The notes: generated from the sequence alone by a model not told the origin. A stretch of 64,000 bases of DNA from Fibrobacteria bacterium (GCA_043745805.1 JAYTSD010000029.1:1-64000), one strand, 5' to 3'; numbered from the stretch's first letter, positions 1 to 10,099 are shown. Made by a program: numbers and translations.

Positions 1-120
1 CAGATGGGAAACGAATAAAACAAGAAATGGACTCTTGGATATGAGTCTAAAACAAGATTACCAACATAAAAAGTGTAAACATTTTTTAGGACTTGACCCC
101 TGTCGTTAAAACCCAATTCT

Positions 121-189
121 CCATGGGCCAACGTTGTGTTCAATGGTGGTGCGGAAATACGAACCGCCGCACGTCGTGTGCGGCGGGAA
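121..189 (+). repeat. attC-like half site plus GC-rich hairpin; inverted copy at ~898-959, direct partial copy at 2293-2319
   Basis: CCATGG-N3-AACGTTGTGTTCAATGG at 121-146 recurs as CCATGG-N4-AACGTTGTGTTCAATGG at 2293-2319; perfect 9-bp hairpin CCGCCGCAC-GTCGT-GTGCGGCGG at 164-186. Confidence 0.6.
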
Positions 190-252
190 TTGCATGTAAA
201 AAAGGCTCGGCCGGAATTAAAAAGGGCACCTTAGTTTGTTCTTGAAAAGAAA

Positions 253-687
253 TTACTTCCTATCGAAGTACCGCCGCATGTGGTCATCATTCAAAACATA
301 AATCCGATCACCGTCCCAATAAACCCACTTTTCACGCGGGAGTGGAACAGAGCAAGTTTGTAAAGAACTAGATCCAATCGAATCCACGGCTAAACAATTT
401 TGGCGATTTATAAGAAGATTGCGATCTACAAGAAGGCTATCGGTTCTCAATGCCCACGTACCTGAAAAACTATCGGACAAAGCATTACCCCACCGATAAC
501 CATAATTTACTTCACCCGATTGGGAAAAAATATAGGTTTCGGTTACAGGAGGATAATCGCTAAACATCCTTTCATTGTGGTATACCCAAGTTCCGGCGAC
601 TCCTTCCTTTTCCCCGCTTAGTAAACACCCCGATAAAAACAATACCACTATAGACAAAATTAAACGTAATTGCATTTGTGTATCCAT
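253..687 (-). CDS. hypothetical lipoprotein, lipocalin-like beta fold possible
   Basis: 144 aa; signal peptide with lipobox LSGC; two GTW motifs (VAGTWVY, FSGTWAL). Confidence 0.7.
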   Translation of the reverse strand: MDTQMQLRLILSIVVLFLSGCLLSGEKEGVAGTWVYHNERMFSDYPPVTETYIFSQSGEVNYGYRWGNALSDSFSGTWALRTDSLLVDRNLLINRQNCLAVDSIGSSSLQTCSVPLPREKWVYWDGDRIYVLNDDHMRRYFDRK

Positions 688-897
688 TCTTCTAAGCTTT
701 TCCTAGCAGTCTATGGTTGGACGATAAAGCAACCAAAAAGGTGACACGTTTTGTTATCAATGAAAAATAGCCCCCCAACTTGGAAACCTTGGATAAAATT
801 GACGCAAAGAGCTCAATTTTTGTCATGCTTGTTGAGAAGACAATTAACGGATTGAATTTGCGCAAGGAAAAAGAAAATAGTCCTTTGAAGTCCCGCG

Positions 898-1010
898 TTC
901 CCTCGCACGTCGTGTGCTCGGCAACAAACGCACCACCACTAAACACTACAGCACCATGGCGCGTCGCTCGCTCGTCAAAAATCATGTTCTTTTGCTCGCT
1001 CGGGGCTTCG
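898..1010. repeat. degenerate attC-like site; inverted repeat of 121-189
   Basis: Reverse complement of 929-949 is GTAGTGTTTAGTGGTGGTGCG vs GTTGTGTTCAATGGTGGTGCG at 133-153 (18/21); shared GCACGTCGTGTGC; followed by CCATGGCGC and duplicated GCTCGCTCG. Confidence 0.5.
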
Positions 1011-1155
1011 CCCAAATGGGTTTTGGGGTGTGGGGATAAGAAGAAATTACGAATTACGGAAGAAAGAAAAGATGCGCACCGGAAAGAGATTTACAATTCA
1101 TGTATCTTTTCGGTACCATGTAGTAATAGCAAAAAAGATTTACTAAAGGATCAAA

Positions 1156-1788
1156 ATGGAAATCGGTGAATTGCCGCGTGATATACAAGAACTCGTTCTT
1201 GGCGAGGTGCGCAACGAAGAAAAATTGATATGGGCAGAACAGCCGGATCCAAATAAATTTATGCTTTCAGAAATACCCTCGATACTTATCGGAATACTAT
1301 TGACAGCATTTGCATTATTTTTATTGCGCGGGACATCCATTATGTTATACCACGCATCTGGATTTGATCAGTTTAAACCGAACGTACCCTTTTTTTTATT
1401 TTTTGCGCTTTTGGGAATACCAGTCGGAATACTAGTACTTCTCTTTGGTTTATTCCTCTTAGCCACTCCATATTTGAAAAAGTTAAGCGCGTTGAAAACC
1501 GTGTATGTTCTCACAAATAAAAGAGCGATTTGTTTCAATAAAATGGGGCTAATCCATCTCAATAAACATTTTAAGGACTACGAAATACTTTCATACTATC
1601 CCGATAAATTGATAAACATGGTGAAAGTTGTACGTAAAAATGGATCAGGGGATTTAATATTTGTGGAAATCCCTATACGAATTCCCGGACCGGACCCTTA
1701 TTTAAGTTTCAGAAAAGTCGGATTTCTATCAATCAAAAATGTGAACAACGTCGAAGACATTATTCGGAAAACACTTTTAGAAAAATAG
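1156..1788 (+). CDS. membrane protein with C-terminal bacterial PH-like domain
   Basis: 210 aa; N-terminal E-K-L-I-W-x-x-x-P, two TM segments, YVLTNKRAI and NGSGDLIF motifs; AAGGA RBS. Confidence 0.75.
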   Translation: MEIGELPRDIQELVLGEVRNEEKLIWAEQPDPNKFMLSEIPSILIGILLTAFALFLLRGTSIMLYHASGFDQFKPNVPFFLFFALLGIPVGILVLLFGLFLLATPYLKKLSALKTVYVLTNKRAICFNKMGLIHLNKHFKDYEILSYYPDKLINMVKVVRKNGSGDLIFVEIPIRIPGPDPYLSFRKVGFLSIKNVNNVEDIIRKTLLEK

Positions 1789-1799
1789 GAAAAGCAAAA

Positions 1800-2183
1800 A
1801 TTAATAAAAAACACATTACCTACGTTTTATTTTTGGGACTGGTTTCCTGTTTTGATTCTGGAAAAGATGTTTATGATGGGTGTCATCCAATCGGAGACGA
1901 GCGTCTTTTTTTTCTCCAGTAGAGTCAAAAAAATTATGGATAGCAGATTGTCTCTACTGGAGAAAAAAAAGACCTCATACAAAATGCGTGCTATATGGGT
2001 TTTATCATTAAAAGAGATGGAGCCATCGTTATCGAATCGGTTCGTTATAGCATGAACATCGATGTCGATTGTTCATTGATGTCAGGGATTTTTAAGAACG
2101 TAATAAGCCTCCCGCCAATCCCTGAAAACTATCCGATTGATAGTACTTGCTTTCGATATGTAGCTGCAGACTCAGCATCCTAA
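1800..2183 (+). pseudogene. disrupted lipoprotein with TonB-C-terminal-like domain
   Basis: One frame reads (ATT)NKKHITYVLFLGLVSC (lipobox) ... GFIIKRDGAIV ... LPPIPENYP, with in-frame TAG at 1920 and 1941; AGGA at 1787-1790. Confidence 0.55.
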
Positions 2184-2256
2184 TCTCCAACTTCAAATTT
2201 AAAGCGCAATAAGAATTGAAGGCCGCTCCCAAAAAAAAGAAACGAGGCCCCCGATC

Positions 2257-2312
2257 GTCCAACATGCGCCATAGCAAAATGGTGTCCCTTCGCCATGGCG
2301 CGAACGTTGTGT
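2257..2312 (+). repeat. attC-like recombination site (56 bp)
   Basis: GTCCAAC (fits RYYYAAC) + GCGCCATAGCAAA ... TTCGCCATGGCGC + GAAC + GTTGTGT; the two arm mismatches become G.T pairs on the bottom strand. Confidence 0.55.
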
Positions 2313-2359
2313 TCAATGGGCCTAGGCATGGATTTATTCAGCCCCATTCTCAATTAATC

Positions 2360-2785
2360 TCAACCCAAATAATTCGCCACCGCCGTGGTTTGAATACCAC
2401 CCCGCGCATTGAATATCCCCTCAATAGTCATTTGCTTAGGCTTACAAGCCTTCACACAATCCGTTAAAAGTTTATTCACCACATGTTCATGGAAAATCCC
2501 GAGCTCACGATAAAAAAGCAAATACTCTTTTAAACTCTTTAATTCCAAACAGGATTTGTGAGGTTGATAACGAATATAAAGCGTTGCATAATCCGGTAAA
2601 CCGGTTTTAGGGCAAATGCAAGTGAATTCAGGAATGGAAATCACAATATCCGTTTTACTGCCGGAATATTGAAATTCCCAACTTTCAATTTCGGGAGTTT
2701 TAAGCTTGGGAATATGTCCCTGCAGACCTTCATAGGTTTTTTCATTAGTTTTTTCCACGGTTTTATTTTTCTTTGAACTTGCCAT
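2360..2785 (-). CDS. queF: NADPH-dependent 7-cyano-7-deazaguanine reductase (unimodular)
   Basis: PEFTCICPKTGLPD catalytic Cys motif, ELKSLKEY QueF motif, RGG near C-terminus. Confidence 0.95.
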   Translation of the reverse strand: MASSKKNKTVEKTNEKTYEGLQGHIPKLKTPEIESWEFQYSGSKTDIVISIPEFTCICPKTGLPDYATLYIRYQPHKSCLELKSLKEYLLFYRELGIFHEHVVNKLLTDCVKACKPKQMTIEGIFNARGGIQTTAVANYLG

Positions 2786-2799
2786 ATTTTCCTCTGTTT

Positions 2800-4098
2800 T
2801 TAAAGATCCGCTAAAGCCACTATGCTTTGTTCGCCGCTACGTAAATTTTTGATTTCAAAAGAACCTGCCGGAGCTTTATCCGAACCATAAAAAATCACTT
2901 TTTGCGCATTGCCTTCATCGGCTTGCGCTAATTGTTTTTTGAATTTTCCACCGCCGAGACTATAGCCCACCTTGCGGCCCTTGTCCCGCAAGGTCTGAGC
3001 AAGCTGCAATAAACCCGCATCCAATTCGCCAAAGGTAATGAGGTAATAATCAATTTCTTCGCGTGATACGGGTAACAAATTCTTTTCTTTAAGTAATTCA
3101 TAAATCACGACATCACCCATACCAAAGCCTACTCCAGACAAAGGACGGCCACCCAAATTCTCGAGCAAATTATCATATCGACCGCCACCTGCAATGGCTC
3201 TTAGGCTTTTAGCCTTGTCATACACTTCAAATACAATACCCGTATAATAAGCTAGGCCGCGCACCACGGATAAATCCAAAGCCACATAATCCGTATAACC
3301 TAGCTCAACTAAACGTGCAAATAATTTTTCCAAATCGGCCAGGCCACTGCTAGCCTCAGATCCTTCTGCAGTCTTAGGTTCCAGACCTTCTCGTCCTATT
3401 TTTTCTACCAATTCATGCAAGCTCGCGCAAGCAAAAAATTCTTCGATCTTCGCGATTTGCTCAGTATTTAAATTTTCTTTCAAAAGCAAATCCACAAAGC
3501 CTTCTGCACTGAGTTTTGCCTTTTTATCTAATGCCGAATACACGGAGTTTTTTTTATCGATGGGCACTTGAATAATATCCAAGAAATCGGAAAGCAATTG
3601 TCGGCTGGAAATGCGCACGGAAAAATCTTGTGCATTTAAACCAAAACCTTTTAACATTTGAATAATAGCGGAAATTAAATCCACCTCGGCCCAAACACTA
3701 TCGCAACCCAAAATATCCATATTGAGTTGAAAAAACTCGCGTAAACGGCCGCGCTGGGCCTTTTCATAACGATATAAACGTGGGATAGAAAACCATTTCA
3801 GCGGCAAACGTAAACTATTGCCTTTTTGATTGACCATACGCGCCAAAGTAGGAGTCATTTCGGGTCGCAAGGCTATCTCTCTCTCACCCTTATCTTTAAA
3901 GTTGTAAAGTTGGGTAACAATTTCGGAACCGGATTTTTCCGTAAACAATTCTAGCGATTCAAAAATGGGTCCTTCGTATTCTTCAAAACCAAAGGCTACG
4001 CAAACCTTTTTCCAAGCGTCGAAAATAAAGTTTTGCTCCCGCATATTTTCCGGATAAAAATCCCGTGTTCCCTTAGGAGCTTGTAGCGTTACACTCAT
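2800..4098 (-). CDS. hisS: histidine--tRNA ligase
   Basis: PKGTRDF, LRPEMT, RYEKAQRGRLREFFQ, VRGLAYYTG, GGGRYD motifs. Confidence 0.97.
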   Translation of the reverse strand: MSVTLQAPKGTRDFYPENMREQNFIFDAWKKVCVAFGFEEYEGPIFESLELFTEKSGSEIVTQLYNFKDKGEREIALRPEMTPTLARMVNQKGNSLRLPLKWFSIPRLYRYEKAQRGRLREFFQLNMDILGCDSVWAEVDLISAIIQMLKGFGLNAQDFSVRISSRQLLSDFLDIIQVPIDKKNSVYSALDKKAKLSAEGFVDLLLKENLNTEQIAKIEEFFACASLHELVEKIGREGLEPKTAEGSEASSGLADLEKLFARLVELGYTDYVALDLSVVRGLAYYTGIVFEVYDKAKSLRAIAGGGRYDNLLENLGGRPLSGVGFGMGDVVIYELLKEKNLLPVSREEIDYYLITFGELDAGLLQLAQTLRDKGRKVGYSLGGGKFKKQLAQADEGNAQKVIFYGSDKAPAGSFEIKNLRSGEQSIVALADL

Positions 4099-4334
4099 GA
4101 ATTCACCTGCATTTTTGGAAATGCAGAAGATAATTTTTAAGCCTTCGCTTTGCCAGCCATAACCCCACTCCGAGCGCGAATAAATAGCCCATCAGAACAG
4201 CGCTTAAAAATGTTTTCTAAGGCCCATTCTTAATGGCTAAAATGCGTGAAAATGGATGGGATATTCCTTGGATTAACCCCTCGAATTAGGTAACTTTAGG
4301 GTCGATTTTTAGGTCTAGTTTTAGCAAGGGTTTA

Positions 4335-5096
4335 ATGAAGATTTTAATCACCAATGATGACGGCGTTTTAAGTCCGGTATTGACTCGCCTAGCTGACATT
4401 TTGAGTGATGAACATGAAGTTATCGTCGCGGCACCTTCCAAAGATCAAAGCGGTATGGCCCAAGCCTTTACACATTATCAAGCGCTTTCCTATAAAACCT
4501 TACAAACTACACCTTATCCTTTTTACGAGATTTTTGGTACGCCTACCGACTGTGTAAAATTCGTGGTTTCACATTTATGCAAAAACGAAAAAATTGATCT
4601 CATTGTTTCGGGTATTAATCTCGGTGAAAATGCGGGCATTTCTGCCATCTATTCTGGCACCGTAGCCGCCGCACGCGAAGGCGCCATGTGGGGCTTGCCA
4701 GCCCTAGCCTTGTCGATTTCACTCACTAATGAAGATTCCATTAATTATTCCATTAATTGGTTAAGACGTTTGCTGCATAATCCAGAATTGTTACCTAATA
4801 ATGGTGGATTACTAAATATTAATTTTCCGGCTTGCGATTCAATCAATATTAAGGGTACCGAAATCACCACCATGAGCACCGTGATGTTTTCGGATAGTTA
4901 TGTCCCTAGCACAAATGAACATGGCCTTGAAGAATTCAAGCTTAAGGGTTATAAACCCAAACATCTTTTTCAATCCGGTAGTGACGATTATGCTTTACGG
5001 AAAAATCGTATTTCTATCACCCCTTTGCAGCTTAGTCAATCGGATATGCATGAGCATAATCGTTTGCGCGAGTTAAAAAATCTTTGGAATTTTTAA
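4335..5096 (+). CDS. surE: 5'/3'-nucleotidase SurE
   Basis: ILITNDDG, GTPTDCV, SGINLGEN, YSGTVAAA motifs. Confidence 0.95.
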   Translation: MKILITNDDGVLSPVLTRLADILSDEHEVIVAAPSKDQSGMAQAFTHYQALSYKTLQTTPYPFYEIFGTPTDCVKFVVSHLCKNEKIDLIVSGINLGENAGISAIYSGTVAAAREGAMWGLPALALSISLTNEDSINYSINWLRRLLHNPELLPNNGGLLNINFPACDSINIKGTEITTMSTVMFSDSYVPSTNEHGLEEFKLKGYKPKHLFQSGSDDYALRKNRISITPLQLSQSDMHEHNRLRELKNLWNF

Positions 5097-5132
5097 AGCG
5101 AAGTAATTTCGCAATTTAGAAAAGGAGAGTCC

Positions 5133-7736
5133 ATGTCCGAGTCATTGCCCACTTCCGACAGAATTATCAATGCGGTAATCGAAGAAGAGATGAAAATGTC
5201 TTATCTCCGATATTCTATGTCGGTGATCGTGTCACGTGCTTTGCCCGATGTGCGAGATGGTTTAAAGCCCGTGCATCGCCGCATTTTGTATGGCATGGAA
5301 AATATTAATCTCACCCATGATAAGCCCTATAAAAAGTCCGCTAATATTGTCGGTGAAGTAATGGGTAAATATCATCCGCATGGCGATTCTTCCATCTACG
5401 AAGCCATTGTGCGTATGACCCAAGATTTTTCTATGCGTTACCCTTTGGTGGATGGACAAGGAAACTTTGGATCGATTGACGGTGATCCCGCTGCGGCCAT
5501 GCGTTATACCGAAGCACGTATGGATCGCTTTGCAGAAATGATGCTGCAAGATTTAGAAAAAAATACAGTTGACTTTGTTCCCAATTATGATACGTCGCTC
5601 ACCGAGCCTACGGTTTTGCCTTCCGCTTTTCCTAATCTTTTGGTGAATGGTTGCACTGGTATTGCCGTAGGTATGGCCACTAATGCGCCACCGCATAATT
5701 TGCGCGAGATTGTGAAAGCCTGCTTAGCTTTATTAGATAATCCCGAATTACCTGATGAAGAACTTTTACAATTTGTACTAGGCCCTGATTTTCCTACCGG
5801 CGCCATAATTTTTGGTCGCAATGGTATTCGTGCCGCTTTGCTCACCGGACGTGGCAAAGTATTGGTACGCGGTAAAACTGAAACTGAAATTAAAGACAAT
5901 CGTACACGCATAATTGTGACGGAAATTCCTTACCAAGTAAACAAAACCCATTTACTTGAAAAAATGGCTTCCTTGGTTCGTGACAAAATCGTGGAAGGCA
6001 TTTCCGATTTGCGCGATGAAAGCGATCGCAATGGAATGCGTATTGTAATTGAATTAAAAAGAGATGCTTATCCCGACATTGTGCTTAATGGGTTGTATAA
6101 ACATACGCAATTGCAAGATACTTTCTCTATTCACAATTTAGCACTGGTTAAAGGTCAGCCACGCACTTTGAATTTGCGTGAAATGATTAATTATTTCTTG
6201 GAACATCGCCATGTTATTGTGGAACGCCGCACGCAATTTGATTTGCAAAAAGCCGAAGAACGCGCCCATATACTTGAAGGTTACCGTATCGCTCTCGATC
6301 ACATTGAAGCGATTATTCAACTCATTCGTGCATCTGCTGATACAGCTACTGCCAGAGCTGGACTCATGGAACGCTTTGGTTTATCCGAAAAACAAAGTGA
6401 CGCCATTTTAGAAATGCGTTTACAAAGATTAACAGGATTAGAACGCGAAAAAATTGAAAATGAATATCGTGATTTATTAGTAGTCATCATTGATTTAAAA
6501 GATATTTTGGCGAATAAACCTCGACGCGCTGCCATTATTGCTCAAGAGTTGCGTGACATTGCCGATAAATTTGGCGATGCCCGTCGTACCCATATCGAAG
6601 ACAACATTGATGATCTCACTTATTTGGATTTAATTGCCAATGAGCCGATGGTGATCACCGTGTCACATACTGGTTACATTAAACGTATCCCTACCGATAC
6701 CTATAAAACCCAAGGACGCGGTGGCAAAGGTATTACTGGAACGGGTCTGAAAGAAGAAGACTTCGTCGAACATTTATTTATTGCATGGGCACATAGCTAC
6801 ATTCTTATTTTCACCAATATGGGTCGCTGTCACTGGTTGAAAGTTTATGAAATACCTGAAGGCTCACGTACTTCTAAGGGTAAAGCTTTAGTGAATTTGA
6901 TCCAATTACAACAGGGCGAACAAGTGAGCGCCTTCATTCCGGTCAAAGATTTTACCGACCCTCGTTCGGTAGTCATGGTGACGGAAAAAGGCGTTATTAA
7001 TAAAATGGCACTTTCGTCATTCTCACGTCCCCGTCAAAATGGAATTAATGCCATTACTTTGGATGATAGTGATAAACTTATTCATGCCTTACTCGCTTCC
7101 GAAAAAGATGATATTATGCTTGGCACCAAAGACGGTCAAGCCAATCGCTTCCCGATGTCCAAATTCCGTCAAACGGGACGCGGCACTCGTGGCGTTCGCG
7201 GCATCACTTTAGAAGAAACCGATTATGTCATAGGCATGGTGGTAATTGAAAAAGGCAATGCCATCTTAACCTTAACCGCCAATGGTTATGGCAAACGCAC
7301 GGATCCTGATGAATATCGTATTACCAATCGCGGTGGCAAAGGTGTACGTAACCTTAAGGTTACAGATAAAACGGGTGTGGCTGTATGCATTGAAACAGTA
7401 CGCGAAGATCAGGATTTACTGGTAATTACTAAAGAAGGCAATATCATTCGTTTAGGGGTTTCCAATATCAATATTATCGGCCGTGATACACAAGGCGTCC
7501 GCGTGATTCGCTTAAATGATTCCGACTTTGTCACCGATGTGGCTATTGTGGAAAAAGAAGATGTTGATCCTTTGAAACTTGAATCCTTAGAGACATCAAA
7601 ATTCGCAGCCGCCGAAGGCGATGCTCCTATAGCCTTACTGGAATCAGATGGTGAAGGCGAAGGTGAAGATCAATTGGAATCGGATAATGCCTCTGAAGAT
7701 ATAATCGATGAAGACGGAGATACCGAAAACCCTTAG
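5133..7736 (+). CDS. gyrA: DNA gyrase subunit A
   Basis: [30 protein letters not shown], GyrA box QGRGGKG, acidic C-terminal tail. Confidence 0.98.
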   Translation: MSESLPTSDRIINAVIEEEMKMSYLRYSMSVIVSRALPDVRDGLKPVHRRILYGMENINLTHDKPYKKSANIVGEVMGKYHPHGDSSIYEAIVRMTQDFSMRYPLVDGQGNFGSIDGDPAAAMRYTEARMDRFAEMMLQDLEKNTVDFVPNYDTSLTEPTVLPSAFPNLLVNGCTGIAVGMATNAPPHNLREIVKACLALLDNPELPDEELLQFVLGPDFPTGAIIFGRNGIRAALLTGRGKVLVRGKTETEIKDNRTRIIVTEIPYQVNKTHLLEKMASLVRDKIVEGISDLRDESDRNGMRIVIELKRDAYPDIVLNGLYKHTQLQDTFSIHNLALVKGQPRTLNLREMINYFLEHRHVIVERRTQFDLQKAEERAHILEGYRIALDHIEAIIQLIRASADTATARAGLMERFGLSEKQSDAILEMRLQRLTGLEREKIENEYRDLLVVIIDLKDILANKPRRAAIIAQELRDIADKFGDARRTHIEDNIDDLTYLDLIANEPMVITVSHTGYIKRIPTDTYKTQGRGGKGITGTGLKEEDFVEHLFIAWAHSYILIFTNMGRCHWLKVYEIPEGSRTSKGKALVNLIQLQQGEQVSAFIPVKDFTDPRSVVMVTEKGVINKMALSSFSRPRQNGINAITLDDSDKLIHALLASEKDDIMLGTKDGQANRFPMSKFRQTGRGTRGVRGITLEETDYVIGMVVIEKGNAILTLTANGYGKRTDPDEYRITNRGGKGVRNLKVTDKTGVAVCIETVREDQDLLVITKEGNIIRLGVSNINIIGRDTQGVRVIRLNDSDFVTDVAIVEKEDVDPLKLESLETSKFAAAEGDAPIALLESDGEGEGEDQLESDNASEDIIDEDGDTENP

Positions 7737-7757
7737 TTTTTATCCCTATTTTATTTT

Positions 7758-7797
7758 AAAGACTTCTTTACACAATGGGTGAAGAGGTCTTTTTTTT
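7758..7797 (+). terminator. intrinsic terminator after gyrA
   Basis: AAAGACTTCTTTAC...GTGAAGAGGTCTTT hairpin followed by a T run. Confidence 0.8.
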
Positions 7798-7890
7798 GTC
7801 AGTCACTTTAATTTAATTGCTTATTATGCTGAAAACCCTTTAGTTAAAATGGGCGTTTTATATGTTAATATTTTGTCATTGAGAGTTTCG

Positions 7891-8880
7891 ATGTTTTCAC
7901 TACGCCGTATTTGCCTGTTACTTCCTTTGCTTTGCACTTCTTTCTCTTGGTCCATTCATTTTCCCGATACTTTAGAATTGCAAAAAACCTTTCAAGTATT
8001 ACAAAGACAAGAGGGGCTTCCCAGTAGGCTTGTGCAAAAAAAATCGGATTCCCTATATTTGTATTTACAATGGAAAGAGGGCGGAATTATTGCCGCACGC
8101 TATGAGCAAAAAGAAGAGTTTTCCCCTTCGCTTTTTAATACGCTTACCGAAGAATACGGACAAGGGGCGACTTGGCATGAAATGGTTTCCGTATTAAACG
8201 TCAACTCTCCGGTTCTTAAGTTTTATCCAGGATTACAGCAGCAATGGAATCTTAAAGGTTACCGTAATGAAAAAGGTTGGTTGGGATCAGGGCTAAAAGG
8301 CCGCGTATTTTATTTAGCCTTTCGCGAAAACTCTCCAAACCCTATACCCGTTATATCAGAAGAGCTCAAGCTAAACCCAACTTTATTTACTTATTTGGAT
8401 TCTGCATCAAATTGGAAACACAAACCATGTAAAGAAATATCTACAGCGTATTGCTTTCAATCCCTCGAAGAAAAACAATTGCAGATTCAATTAAACTCTA
8501 AACTAGCGAATACAATTGATATTTGGATGGAAGGCGTACCTATGTTGGAATTAATTAACAATATTGAACAAGTTACAGCAAAAGAGAAGCCTGCATTGGC
8601 ACAGGATTTATCCACTTTATTACATACCGAAGCGGAGTTTTTTTTGGTGAAAATTTCCCAAGCTTGCCCAGCCCTTTTTAATTGGTCCTCTTATCAATTC
8701 CAAGATTGGAAAGGTGGACAAATTTCGACTAAGGAATGGGAAAATTTTCTACGTAACATAGATGTCAACAAACAAAAAGTCCATGACCTGCGTATTTTAA
8801 ATTTCACTCAACCCACAATTTCCATGGAATTAAATTTTAATCCTAATGGCTTGTATCACTTGAATTTAAAGACCCCGTAA
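7891..8880 (+). CDS. hypothetical exported protein
   Basis: Long ORF (track start 7849); MFSLRRICLLLPLLCTSFSWS at 7891 resembles a signal peptide; no family recognised. Confidence 0.65.
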   Translation: MFSLRRICLLLPLLCTSFSWSIHFPDTLELQKTFQVLQRQEGLPSRLVQKKSDSLYLYLQWKEGGIIAARYEQKEEFSPSLFNTLTEEYGQGATWHEMVSVLNVNSPVLKFYPGLQQQWNLKGYRNEKGWLGSGLKGRVFYLAFRENSPNPIPVISEELKLNPTLFTYLDSASNWKHKPCKEISTAYCFQSLEEKQLQIQLNSKLANTIDIWMEGVPMLELINNIEQVTAKEKPALAQDLSTLLHTEAEFFLVKISQACPALFNWSSYQFQDWKGGQISTKEWENFLRNIDVNKQKVHDLRILNFTQPTISMELNFNPNGLYHLNLKTP

Positions 8881-9046
8881 ACCGGACTAATGTTGTTACC
8901 TGCACTTTGCTTTTAATACCATTTGCCTTTTCGCATGAAGAAAGGTTTTACGGAAATAAACCAATTAAACCTTTTTCCTTAATTAAGCGATTAGTAAGCC
9001 ATTAAAAAACTACCCTCAAAACCACCCCTACATTTCAAAAACTAAA

Positions 9047-9098
9047 TTTAATCGATTATATTTTATTTTAAATCGTTTTTATATCGATTTAAACCGTG
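9047..9098 (+). promoter_or_regulatory. candidate operator: phased 10-mer direct repeats upstream of the carotenoid regulator
   Basis: TTTAATCGAT (9047), TTAAATCGTT (9068), TTATATCGAT (9079), TTAAACCGTG (9089); spacings 21/11/10. Confidence 0.5.
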
Positions 9099-9130
9099 CA
9101 TTTTCAATTAAAAAAGGTTTTATTTATATC

Positions 9131-10087
9131 ATGAACAACGAAGACTCGCTTCTCTTAACCACTTCTCAAGCCGCTCAACTACTTGCTATGCACGAATCTT
9201 CCATTAAACGCTGGAGCAATGAAAGCAAGCTCCGTATCACTAAAACCAAAGGTGGACATAGACGAATCCCTGTTGAAAGCTTGTTATTTTTTGCCCGTGA
9301 AAATGATTTAAAAAGTTTATTACTTCGTTTTCAAAATGACGATGCAAAAGTTGCAGAAGCCGCCTTAGCAGCAAGAGAAAAAGGAGATTTTCAATATTGT
9401 GTAAAATTGGTTTTAAAATGGTGTGATGAAAAACCTGCCCATTATTTATGTTTATTGCTGGATTACCTTAGCAATACTATAGAAATTCCGATTGGAAAAA
9501 TTTTTGATAGGATATTCGCTGTCGTTCTGACGGAAATTGGTCAACGTTGGAAAGACGGGGATTTAACGATTGCCCAAGAACATATTTTGACTCGGCAATT
9601 CTTGGATGCATTGTACCAATACCGTAACACTTATATTGATTCTGAAAAAAGTGAACTGAAGTTACCTAAGGCAATCATAGGATGTGCAGAAGGCGGGCAA
9701 CATGAATTGGCAGCGATGTTTGCCAGAGTATTGGTTGAAAGACAAAGCATTTCCGTATTGTATCTGGGACCCAATGTACCTTTCGAAGAATTTGCTTTAC
9801 TCCAATTAAAACAAAAATCATCTTTAATCTGTATATCCTTTGTTCCTCCCCTTTCAACCAATGATGCAAGGCGATGCCTAATCATTCTATCGCAGTTTTA
9901 CAGCTCAGAAGCCCCTTATCATTTGGCTTTAGGGGGAAAGGATTTGGATCCTATGCTTTTGGAAAAAGGAGTGTGGCCTTTTCAATCTTTAAAAATACTT
10001 TCCTCCTTAGAAAGTTTTGAACGATGGGTAACTTCCACTTTCGAAACTAAACTACTCTCCACTCCAGTAATACCTTCCCCTAAATAA
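9131..10087 (+). CDS. CarH/LitR-like cobalamin-binding transcriptional regulator
   Basis: N-terminal MerR/excisionase-type wHTH (TTSQAAQLL..SSIKRW..TKGGHRRI); W-x9-EH (WKDGDLTIAQEH); B12 Rossmann domain (GQHEL, YLGPNVP, LALGG); first gene of the crt operon. Confidence 0.85.
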   Translation: MNNEDSLLLTTSQAAQLLAMHESSIKRWSNESKLRITKTKGGHRRIPVESLLFFARENDLKSLLLRFQNDDAKVAEAALAAREKGDFQYCVKLVLKWCDEKPAHYLCLLLDYLSNTIEIPIGKIFDRIFAVVLTEIGQRWKDGDLTIAQEHILTRQFLDALYQYRNTYIDSEKSELKLPKAIIGCAEGGQHELAAMFARVLVERQSISVLYLGPNVPFEEFALLQLKQKSSLICISFVPPLSTNDARRCLIILSQFYSSEAPYHLALGGKDLDPMLLEKGVWPFQSLKILSSLESFERWVTSTFETKLLSTPVIPSPK

Positions 10088-10099
10088 AGCGGTATAATT

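Noticed and set aside
692-1169. ORFs 692-1015 (-) and 780-1169 (+)
   Set aside because: Both run through the GC-rich repeat at 898-1010 and have no recognisable protein features; likely spurious
1920-1943. TAG recoding or read-through
   Set aside because: TAG is a true stop in gyrA and other genes in the window; pseudogenisation is simpler
121-2319. CRISPR array interpretation of the repeats
   Set aside because: Only two to three copies, hundreds of bases to kilobases apart, mixed orientation, and no cas genes
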